Shown piece by piece: positions 28,147-36,364 of a stretch of DNA of 64,000 nt. The position numbers and the translations under genes are program-made. Source of the stretch: an uncultured Eubacteriales bacterium (GTDB taxonomy: Bacteria > Bacillota > Clostridia > Oscillospirales > CAG-272); contig UQNQ01000002.1 of NCBI GenBank assembly GCA_900542425.1, positions 111,483 through 175,482 on the forward strand, read 5' to 3'. Position 1 is the stretch's first letter, and each line of letters starts with the position of its first letter. The notes under the pieces were generated by a model. It searched no databases. It saw only the letters and a list, made by a program, of their open reading frames with translations, and had not been told where the DNA came from.

Positions 28147-28705
28147 GGATATCACCTGACTGAAAACCGGGAATTTTTTGTTTTTCCAAAAAAGAGGCAC
28201 GGAGCTTTTAAGCTTATCCGCCCGGATTTACCGGATTGATTATATCATAAAAACAGAAAGAAATCAACGATTCCTTCCAACATTCCCTTCGCAGACATCG
28301 TAAAGTACAGCCTAAATGTATCAAAAAACGATAAAGCTTCCAATCAGAAAGGTATGTTGTAACAAGGAGGACTTGAAAAACGGAATTTTTCTTTAAAACA
28401 GATTAAACAGCCAAAAATAAGATTTTTATAAGTATCTTTGTATCAAAAATCCTTTATTGACAAAAATATTTTTACCTGTCAAAAAACGCAACCGCAATAT
28501 TTTTCTCATTCTTTATTTCTATAAACACATCATTTCTGTCAAAACTTTTTTATGTGTCTCTCTTTTATGATTTGATGAATAAAAACAAAGGATAGGGACA
28601 AAATATGGAATGTCGAAAGATAAAAACATTGACAGAAATCATGATAAAAATAAACAAACGTACCGTTTTGACGGACGTTTTCAAACATGATCGGAGGTTA
28701 TTATT

Positions 28706-28924
28706 ATGCTCGACAGAATTGCGCTTATACTCACAATCATCGGCGCGCTCAACTGGGGAAGCATCGGTCTTTTCCGTTTTGATATCGTCGCTTGGATTTT
28801 CGGCGGACAGGATGCTCTTGTCAGCCGGATCGTATACACGGTTGTGGCTCTTGCAGGAATCTGGTGCATTTCTCTTCTTTTCCGTGAACGGGATACAGAA
28901 GAAATTACCGGCGACGTCAGATAA
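28706..28924 (+). CDS. DUF378 family small membrane protein
   Basis: 72 aa containing the family signature IIGALNWGSIGLF. A GGAGG RBS precedes the start. Confidence 0.8.
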   Translation: MLDRIALILTIIGALNWGSIGLFRFDIVAWIFGGQDALVSRIVYTVVALAGIWCISLLFRERDTEEITGDVR

Positions 28925-28939
28925 CATGTGACAAAAAAG

Positions 28940-28990
28940 AAAAATTTCCGGCAATACCGTACCTCAGTACGGCAGCTGCCGGAATTTTTC
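28940..28990. terminator. bidirectional terminator between the DUF378 gene and the convergent membrane-protein gene
   Basis: Outer stem ttccggca / tgccggaa encloses an inner stem ccgtac / gtacgg. A-rich and T-rich runs flank it. Confidence 0.75.
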
Positions 28991-29012
28991 ATTTCAAGCA
29001 TAAAAGGAAACG

Positions 29013-29702
29013 TTATTCTTTTGCTTTGACAGACTGCGAAAGAATTTCTCCGCAGAGCTGATCCATCTGCGCGCTTGGCACCACAGGAATATCCAGAACA
29101 GTTTTGCCCGACGCAGTGATGGCAAGACGATAAAATTTAACTTTATCGTCTCCGACTTGTTTTTCCGTAACATTTACAGCGGCATCGTCGATGTCATAAA
29201 AAAGGATTTCTTTCACAGATTCATTTTCATCTTCTTCAATAAGAGAAAACCTTTTGGTTGCGGCAAAAATTCCGTTTTTTGTAAAAATCAACGCTGTTGC
29301 AATATAACGCGATGAACGGTATTTCCGGTCGTTTTTCCCACGGCGGAAAACCACCCCGTCTTCGTCCAAAACAAAGCCTCCGGTTACGATTGGCTTCATT
29401 TTTGAAAGCAAATCGCCGGAAAGATGAAAGCGGTCGATTACATCTTTGGCATATTCGGAAATTCGTTCTGCAACGCATTTGTCTATTTCCTTTTCGTCAG
29501 AGCGCATAGAACGGGGAATCCATGCAATACAACCGCCAAGCAAAACAAGAAAAAGACTGATGATATCCTGATACGGGAGAACATAAATCCAAAAGAACCA
29601 GCCCAGCATCAGAAAAATAGCCCCCATGGCAAGCAAAACAATTCCTACATAAAAATGAAGATCAGAGCTTTTGAGATACCGAAGATTTTTTCCGTATTCC
29701 AT
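29013..29702 (-). CDS. hypothetical membrane protein (two N-terminal TM helices plus a cytoplasmic domain of about 150 aa)
   Basis: 229-aa ORF with coding-like composition. I recognised no family. A bacterial PH-like fold is only a guess. Confidence 0.5.
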   Translation of the reverse strand: MEYGKNLRYLKSSDLHFYVGIVLLAMGAIFLMLGWFFWIYVLPYQDIISLFLVLLGGCIAWIPRSMRSDEKEIDKCVAERISEYAKDVIDRFHLSGDLLSKMKPIVTGGFVLDEDGVVFRRGKNDRKYRSSRYIATALIFTKNGIFAATKRFSLIEEDENESVKEILFYDIDDAAVNVTEKQVGDDKVKFYRLAITASGKTVLDIPVVPSAQMDQLCGEILSQSVKAKE

Positions 29703-30116
29703 AAAATCAAATGGTGTGTCATCGCTTGAATGACAGACTTTCCTTTCTTATATTGATATACCTGTACATTCATATAGTGTGTCTTTTTCTGTTTTGGTTT
29801 GGAATTTTTTTAAAATTTCGTGAAAATTTTTTCTAAAAATAACTCCCAAAGCAGATATCACCAATATACTGTTTATAATTTTACAAAATTATGTGATTTT
29901 TGTCAATGGCTTAAAATGTAAAACGCACTGTTTTTGAATCAGATATAAAATTTTTGATTTTTATTGAAATGTTTTTTATCATTTTCAACCAATTCGATAT
30001 TTTCTTCATAAGGAAAGATATGTTTTATATAAGATGACTTTCATGACAGAAGCGGTTTTTGTGAAAAATAGATTCCCTCAAAAAAACAAAACTTTTTATC
30101 CACTCCCAATGATAAA

Positions 30117-30184
30117 GAAAAGCAGACAGCTTTTCATTGACCCAAGAATTCTTTCCGGTGTCCATGAAAAGCTGCCTGCTTTTC
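30117..30184 (-). repeat. 21-bp inverted repeat (long hairpin) downstream of the 30271-31344 gene
   Basis: gaaaagcagacagcttttcat ... atgaaaagctgcctgcttttc with a 26-nt loop. The single mismatch becomes a G-U pair only in the minus-strand transcript. Only a short T-run follows. Confidence 0.6.
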
Positions 30185-30270
30185 TATGATTTTCAAGATC
30201 TTATCCAAACCATTTTATCATAATCAACAAAGCTTTCTCCGTTGATTTTCGGCTTTTTTCTTTTCAATTG

Positions 30271-31344
30271 TTATTCCACAGCTTCGAACGGCGTCGGTGT
30301 GCTTCCTGTATAACGGTAAAGTCGGATCATCGAGCCAAACTCTCCGTTTTCTCCATAATCCTCGGAAAAATAGAAAAATCCGCCGCCAAGCGACAGCATT
30401 CCCGTGCTTCCATATCGGAATTCATAGCCGTAAATGCCGGATTTTTCGTCAAAAAGCCCTGATTGCCGCAGGGACAGCACTTGTCCGATTTCTCCTTTAC
30501 AACCGATAAGGGGCTGACACTCCGGCACTTTTTTCCCATCAATCACGAACATAGAATAATTCGGATATTTCTCCTTGCGCCCACGATAAACCGCCATAAA
30601 AATATCGCCGGTATATGTATCATATTCGAGATTCTGAACGCCGAATTCCGTGTTTCCGGTGTGGACAAAATATCGTGCATCACAGTGCCGAGGTCCGCTT
30701 TTATGGATATTTTCTGCCGTAAGAACACTCTCAAACACAGCCAGATTCTGTGTCTGATAAGAAAGCAATACCTGATAATCGTTATCTTCCCTTGTCTTGT
30801 CACCGTAAACTCCGTATGCAACAAGAAGCCGCATTTCTTTCGTATCTCCCGGAACAGGCGCGAAGGTAATTCCGTCGATACCGGAACAGCCATGCCGATG
30901 TTCCCTTCTTTGCCCGTTCTCCTCCCAGACAGCAAGATAATCCTCTGTCGGCTCTCTCAGCCATATGGTTTTCATGACACCGTCTTTTTCGGCGTCCATA
31001 TTCAGGCGGGTGATGCCTTCTCCGTCAAAGACCGCGACATAAAAAGCATTTTGAACCTGTCCGTCAATTCCGAGATTACGCAGGATTCCTTGACCAATAA
31101 CATCGTTTTTATATTCAAGCGACGCATAAATGCGTCCGTCCGTCGGATTACAGGCGAGACATCCAAGATGTCCGGTAAATCCATGTACCGTGCCAATCAA
31201 TTTCCCTGTCATATCGAACTTGACAAGCTCTGTCGTAAAAGAACAATAAAGATATTTTCTTTCCCGGTCGATGGCAATGCCCTGTATATGACCTGAGCGC
31301 CATTTTCCGGTCTGGATCACTTTTGGTAAAGAGAGATATTCCAT
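30271..31344 (-). CDS. hypothetical cytoplasmic protein, possibly a beta-propeller fold
   Basis: 357-aa ORF with no signal peptide and repetitive beta-strand-like segments. I recognised no family. Confidence 0.5.
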   Translation of the reverse strand: MEYLSLPKVIQTGKWRSGHIQGIAIDRERKYLYCSFTTELVKFDMTGKLIGTVHGFTGHLGCLACNPTDGRIYASLEYKNDVIGQGILRNLGIDGQVQNAFYVAVFDGEGITRLNMDAEKDGVMKTIWLREPTEDYLAVWEENGQRREHRHGCSGIDGITFAPVPGDTKEMRLLVAYGVYGDKTREDNDYQVLLSYQTQNLAVFESVLTAENIHKSGPRHCDARYFVHTGNTEFGVQNLEYDTYTGDIFMAVYRGRKEKYPNYSMFVIDGKKVPECQPLIGCKGEIGQVLSLRQSGLFDEKSGIYGYEFRYGSTGMLSLGGGFFYFSEDYGENGEFGSMIRLYRYTGSTPTPFEAVE

Positions 31345-31484
31345 ACTTCCTCATTTCTCCGCTGTCTGCGGCAAATCTTGATCAGAATAAAAACCAGATT
31401 CCCCCCGGATTTCCTATTTGCAAGTGTCCGCAGGATTCCGGCACGTGTCGGTTTCACAGGTCAGAATAAAAGAGGTTTTGATCC

Positions 31485-32318
31485 TTAATCAATGATACTC
31501 AGAAAATCGGTGATTGCCATATCCCGAACTACATAACTACGGGGCAGACGGGTATTGGGATAAAATTCATCTGCCGGCTTATCTGTGGTAAAGCAATACT
31601 CATATCCGTATTCCTCAGCGGCAAGTTCCGTCGAACTGTCGCAGACGCCATTTGGATATGCCAGCGCACGAACCGTTTTTCCTGTCAGCTCTTCAATGCG
31701 ACGGCGAGATTCCAGCAGCTCAGTTTGCAAGGTTTCTTTATCCAGGTCATATAGTTTTTGATGGGTTTTTGTGTGACTTCCAAAATGGAAATGTCCGCTT
31801 TTCTGCATTTCGAGGATCTGTTCCTCACTCAAATGTCCATCAGCACCGATCATATCGGAAATCAAAAATACGGTTGCTTTCATATCATATTTTTCAAGAA
31901 GGGGAAGAACATTGGTGTAATTGTCCACATAACCGTCATCGAAGGTGATAACCACACATTTTTTCCCATGTGTTTTGTCCAGCTCGTCTGCGAATACGGT
32001 TTCATATCCGAGACGCTTGATTTCGGCAAGCTGTGCCTCAAAATCGGATACCCTCACAAACAGATATTCATTCGGACCATAGGTTTCATCGGATACCAAA
32101 TGATAAACAAGAATTTTCGTGTTGTCCGAATACGTATAGGCATGCTGCCCGAACGAACCGGCGAAAAAAAACAGGAAAGCTGTGATCAAAATGATACCAA
32201 GCATGACGGAAAGGGTAATCCTCCGCGCACGGGAAATATTCTTTTCCTTTGGCATCGCTGTTTTTTCCAAAAGCTCCATACTATTCAAAAAAATCGCCTC
32301 CAACTTCCGTTTTGGCAT
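31485..32318 (-). CDS. membrane-anchored polysaccharide deacetylase (CE4 family)
   Basis: Contains the VVITFDDGYVDNY motif and HTKTH, with an N-terminal TM helix. Start uncertain among 32318, 32279 and 32255. Confidence 0.8.
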   Translation of the reverse strand: MPKRKLEAIFLNSMELLEKTAMPKEKNISRARRITLSVMLGIILITAFLFFFAGSFGQHAYTYSDNTKILVYHLVSDETYGPNEYLFVRVSDFEAQLAEIKRLGYETVFADELDKTHGKKCVVITFDDGYVDNYTNVLPLLEKYDMKATVFLISDMIGADGHLSEEQILEMQKSGHFHFGSHTKTHQKLYDLDKETLQTELLESRRRIEELTGKTVRALAYPNGVCDSSTELAAEEYGYEYCFTTDKPADEFYPNTRLPRSYVVRDMAITDFLSIID

Positions 32319-32890
32319 TTGAAATCAACCATTTGTGCGAGGTTGTCCAACCGCAATCCATGTTTTTGATGTGTAGTTTTGAATTTTTTATATCTATTTT
32401 TTCATATTTTCCCACATGTTCGTTTGACACAAAATGATTATAACACAGCAGAAATCCCCTTGCAAGAGTTATTTTTTTCAATCATCCAAACCGTTTTGAG
32501 AAAAAGCATCTAAAAAAGGCTTTTCTTCTTTTAACACATTGTTTTATCACTCGTCGTTATACTTCTCTAAATGAACCTTATCGATAGCGGTATACCGTCT
32601 AAGCAAATCCGCAACGGGAAAAATCCTCACGCAATGGTTATACTCTTCTTTCCTGTATCATCAGGATACTTTTTTATTATGCCGGATTCACCTGCCGGAT
32701 ATTCCTTATTTGTCCATTGATTCAAACAGCATTGACGCAAGCAGATATCAGACAAGACGATTGATAATCCGGCTTCCATACCGCAATTACGCCAAGAGAT
32801 GCTTAAAATTCAGAAATTTCTATGTTCCTCAAAAATGCCGGAGAGAAGCGATGTTTGCTTTTCCCCGGCAATTTACGGATTTGCTATTTT

Positions 32891-33856
32891 TTATTGTTCC
32901 GAATCAGACTGCTTTTCACTGCCGATATTGAGAATCGGAAGCGTTCCCCCTTCGCCGCCAACATAAGTAGGCAGTTTTCCGTCCCATTTTTCCACATATT
33001 TATATTCAATAAGATCACCGGACAGGCTGTCGGCGATTTTAGCATTTGCTTCTGCTTCCTTTTCTCCCGCATATGCCTTGGCATCCGCGTTGATTTTCTG
33101 AACCTCCGCTTCCGCCTCTGCTTCAATAACAGCTCGCTCTGCCGCAGCCTCAGCCTCCAAAATTGCCTGTTCCTGTTCGATTTGTGCTTTTAATTTATTC
33201 TGCTCTGCAACTTGCTTTGCTTCTACAGCATCGGTATATGTATCTGAAAAGTCAAGATTTTCAATAGAAGCATCGATGACTTCAATGTTATAGGAGGAAA
33301 GCTTATCAACCAAAATCGCTTTGATTTCAGAGGAGAGCTTTTCACGGCTTGCAATCAGGCTTTCCGCATTGTATTTCGCAATTACACTTTTGACGGATTC
33401 CTGAATTCTCGGCTCAATAACCGTAGAATAATAGTCCTTACCGATGGTTCTGTAAATGGTTTGAGCGTTTGCCTTCTCAATCTGATAGTTGATGGTATAA
33501 ACTGTGGCAACTTCCTGAATATCGCTTGAAAAACAAGACAGTTCCACCACGGATTTCTGAATCCGATTATCCATTTTGATAACTTGCTGCCAAGGCGCTT
33601 TTGCGTGAATTCCCGCTTCATAGGTATAATTTTCTACACGGCCGAATGTTGTTACAATACCGGTATGTCCTGTCGGGATGGAAGTAATACAACTGACGGC
33701 GATAAGCGCTATGCCAATCACAAGACAAAGACCGGAAGCAGCGCTTCCTATTTTTCTCTTCGCAGGATAAGTCCCGTTTTTGCACTTTTTCATGACATAT
33801 AGAAACATACCGATTCCAACTACAGCGGCAATAATACCTAAAATAAATGCAAACAT
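32891..33856 (-). CDS. SPFH/band 7 (prohibitin-like) membrane protein
   Basis: N-terminal TM segments, an SPFH core (TGHTGIVTTFGRV...) and an Ala/Glu-rich coiled-coil tail. Confidence 0.8.
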   Translation of the reverse strand: MFAFILGIIAAVVGIGMFLYVMKKCKNGTYPAKRKIGSAASGLCLVIGIALIAVSCITSIPTGHTGIVTTFGRVENYTYEAGIHAKAPWQQVIKMDNRIQKSVVELSCFSSDIQEVATVYTINYQIEKANAQTIYRTIGKDYYSTVIEPRIQESVKSVIAKYNAESLIASREKLSSEIKAILVDKLSSYNIEVIDASIENLDFSDTYTDAVEAKQVAEQNKLKAQIEQEQAILEAEAAAERAVIEAEAEAEVQKINADAKAYAGEKEAEANAKIADSLSGDLIEYKYVEKWDGKLPTYVGGEGGTLPILNIGSEKQSDSEQ

Positions 33857-34186
33857 AATACACTCCGTTCCGCCGCATGTCTGCGGCTTATGATGTCAGA
33901 AGCGCAAAACGCCCCCAGCGTTATTTTATCTGTTTTTTCAGTAAAAGTCAAGGGTTTATCCCGGAGATGCGGAAGACTTGTCAGACGCTTATCACAAAAA
34001 TGAAAGAAGGCATCCGTCTTCCGCAAGTCGATCGGAAACAGAAATAAGGACAACCTCCATATAAAAATGTCATTTTGACATATCCTATCGGCTGAATTTT
34101 TGAAATCGATTCTTTGGCGCTTTGTATAAATGAATTCGTGCCTGGGCAAAATATCCATATCAAAAAAAGAAAGGAAATGCAGTGTT

Positions 34187-35437
34187 ATGAAAAAAGTAGG
34201 AATCACATTTTTCATTTTTTGCATGCTTCTTTGTTTTGGCATCACGGCAAGTGCTGCCGGGATTTTATCACCTGCCATATCGGTTCTCCAAGAAGAGTCG
34301 GGTATGATTAAAACAGGTGTCGGAACCAATACTGTCTCATTTGAAGCCGAAGACTTTGTCGATATACTCGGCAGCGAAGATTTGATTGCCATAGAAATCA
34401 CTGCTCTGCCGGATGTGACAGACGGTGTTTTGAAGCTCGGAGCTGTAGATGTAACGCCGGGACAGCTTATTCCTTATGAGGCTCTTGCCGCTCTTCGATT
34501 TATTCCATCAGAAGAAGGTGCAGTTGCCACGTTCCAGTTCAAACCATATGGGAACTATTATGAAAATTCCTTTGTCTGCAAAGTTTGTATGCTGGATTCT
34601 CTCAATTTCGCACCGACGGTTTCTGCGGCAATGCTTGATGCAAAGGAATCCGTGCCGGTTTATTCAGAACTGTCGGCGACCGATCCCGACGGAGATGAGA
34701 TTCGCTATGTAATTGTAGAAAAACCGAAAAAAGGAACGCTGGAGCTCATAGATGAAGCTTCCGGAAGCTACTGTTATACAGCGTATGATGGAACCGTCGG
34801 AAAAGATTCTTTCACTTATATTGCGGTAGATCAATACGGCAACGAATCGGAACCCGCTACTGTGAAAATCACCACAACGGAGAATAAAACAGGGATTGTT
34901 TATACCGACCTTGACGGAAGCGAATATCAGCTTCCCGCAGTGGAAATGGCAGAACTGGGTGTGATTGTCGGCGAACAAATCGGAGATACGCATTTCTTTT
35001 ATCCGGATAAAACCGTTACTCGGGCTGATTTCCTTATTATGGCCATGAACGCGGTAGGAATTGATCCTTCGCTGATTGCAGCAAACGAATCCGGTTTTGC
35101 TGACAGTGCAAGCTTTACGGAATATCAGAATGAATATATTTCGGCGGCAAGAAAGCTTGGGCTTGTTGTCGGTATTGATACGGAGGATGGCCGATGTTTC
35201 TGTCCGAATGATATCATAACTTCCGCACAAGCGGCAACGCTTATCAGCCGGATTGCTTCGATGCAGGAGCTTCCCTTCGGCGATGCTGTATACGCATCCG
35301 TCGGTACGGATGAGGAAATTACAGACGACGGCTACGCAATGCTTGCTTCGGTCGGACTTGTCGCGTCTGATGACCGAGATGCCGAAATTACAAGAGCGGA
35401 TGCTGTGGATTTGCTTTATACGCTGCTCTGTCAGTAA
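34187..35437 (+). CDS. secreted protein with a cadherin/Ig-like domain and C-terminal SLH-like repeats
   Basis: Signal peptide MKKVGITFFIFCMLLCFGITASA. An ATDPDGDEIRYVIV...DSFTYIAVDQYGNES segment is followed by SLH-like FYPDKTVTRADFLIMAMNAVGI. The ORF-track start at 34130 is an extension. Confidence 0.65.
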   Translation: MKKVGITFFIFCMLLCFGITASAAGILSPAISVLQEESGMIKTGVGTNTVSFEAEDFVDILGSEDLIAIEITALPDVTDGVLKLGAVDVTPGQLIPYEALAALRFIPSEEGAVATFQFKPYGNYYENSFVCKVCMLDSLNFAPTVSAAMLDAKESVPVYSELSATDPDGDEIRYVIVEKPKKGTLELIDEASGSYCYTAYDGTVGKDSFTYIAVDQYGNESEPATVKITTTENKTGIVYTDLDGSEYQLPAVEMAELGVIVGEQIGDTHFFYPDKTVTRADFLIMAMNAVGIDPSLIAANESGFADSASFTEYQNEYISAARKLGLVVGIDTEDGRCFCPNDIITSAQAATLISRIASMQELPFGDAVYASVGTDEEITDDGYAMLASVGLVASDDRDAEITRADAVDLLYTLLCQ

Positions 35438-35535
35438 AAACTGATCCCTGCCGGCACACGAACTTTCAAAACCGCTCTGCCGAAAAAACAGCGAGCAAAG
35501 GCCGCGGCCGGCAGTTTTTAAGAAAAATCAAACAT

Positions 35536-35575
35536 GCAAAAAAACCGGAGAAAAGTACTTTCTCCGGTTTTTTGA
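35536..35575. terminator. bidirectional terminator between the SLH protein gene and cat
   Basis: Stem accggagaaa / tttctccggt flanked by A6 and T6 runs. Confidence 0.8.
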
Positions 35576-35625
35576 TGATTTTTGCAAAAATCCTGCCTTT
35601 TTATAAATAAAAGCAAAAAACAATA

Positions 35626-36258
35626 TTAAGAGAAATCATTGTTCACCAATTCCTGCAATTCATTTATAAAACGACAAATATGAAACCCGTCACACACAGC
35701 ATGATGAACTTGAATTGCCAAAGGCAATAGAATTCGTCCATTTTCCGGATAGTATTTCCCCATTGTAAATATAGGAAGCAGATAATCATATCCCTTCTGC
35801 AAATTCAAATGAAATCCATCAAATACTGTCCAAGGTATCATAGACACTGTAAATGTGTTTTGAGGGACATTCGGTTTTCCTATTATCCCCTTTTGTTCCC
35901 CGTATTTTTGTATATCATCTCTATATAAAGCACAGAAATCCTCAAAATTCGGAACATATTCTGTCCAGAGGTTAGAAAACATTTCCGTATCTTTATGAAA
36001 TATCGTATAGCATGGCGACATTTCGTCGTAAACGCCCAATTCGCCTTGCTCATTGATCGCCGTCCTAAATTCAGAATGACGATTGACAATCGTAGAAAGA
36101 CAATACAACATTGTTGGGTACAGTCTTTGCTTTTTCTCTTTTATTCGGGCAATGTCAATTTTTGTCGATATACTGTATGTACAAGGAACATCTTTAAAAT
36201 AGTGTTCGAAATATTCTTTCCTATCCCAAATGTTCCTATCAATCAGCTCAAAATTCAT
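35626..36258 (-). CDS. cat: type A chloramphenicol O-acetyltransferase
   Basis: 210 aa. It shows full-length similarity to clostridial CatP/CatD-type enzymes as I remember them, including the catalytic-His motif HHAVCDGFH. It is visibly AT-rich relative to its neighbours. Confidence 0.9.
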   Translation of the reverse strand: MNFELIDRNIWDRKEYFEHYFKDVPCTYSISTKIDIARIKEKKQRLYPTMLYCLSTIVNRHSEFRTAINEQGELGVYDEMSPCYTIFHKDTEMFSNLWTEYVPNFEDFCALYRDDIQKYGEQKGIIGKPNVPQNTFTVSMIPWTVFDGFHLNLQKGYDYLLPIFTMGKYYPENGRILLPLAIQVHHAVCDGFHICRFINELQELVNNDFS

Positions 36259-36364
36259 TTACCATTTCTCTTCCTGTGTTTATCTCGTGCTTTTCCCTTA
36301 TGAAGCCATATCTGACAGCAAGACAGAAATTCTCTTTCAAAATCCGTACTGTTTCAAACACTCT

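Noticed and set aside
28565-29001. ORFs 28565-28954(-), 28605-28931(+) and 28681-29001(-) overlapping the DUF378 gene.
   Set aside because: They overlap a short gene with a clear family signature, an RBS and a terminator. Their translations have no features and no RBS.
33040-33200. Repetitive DNA that could be mistaken for a repeat array.
   Set aside because: It encodes the Ala/Glu-rich coiled coil (EAEAAAERAVIEAEAEAE) of the SPFH protein. No spacer-repeat periodicity occurs here or anywhere else in the window, so there is no CRISPR array.
36259-36364. Leader-peptide / RBS-sequestering attenuator upstream of cat, as in inducible Gram-positive cat genes.
   Set aside because: The only upstream mini-ORF is ATG GCT TCA TAA. 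I found no inverted repeat able to mask the GGAAGAG RBS, so there is no support for translational attenuation.
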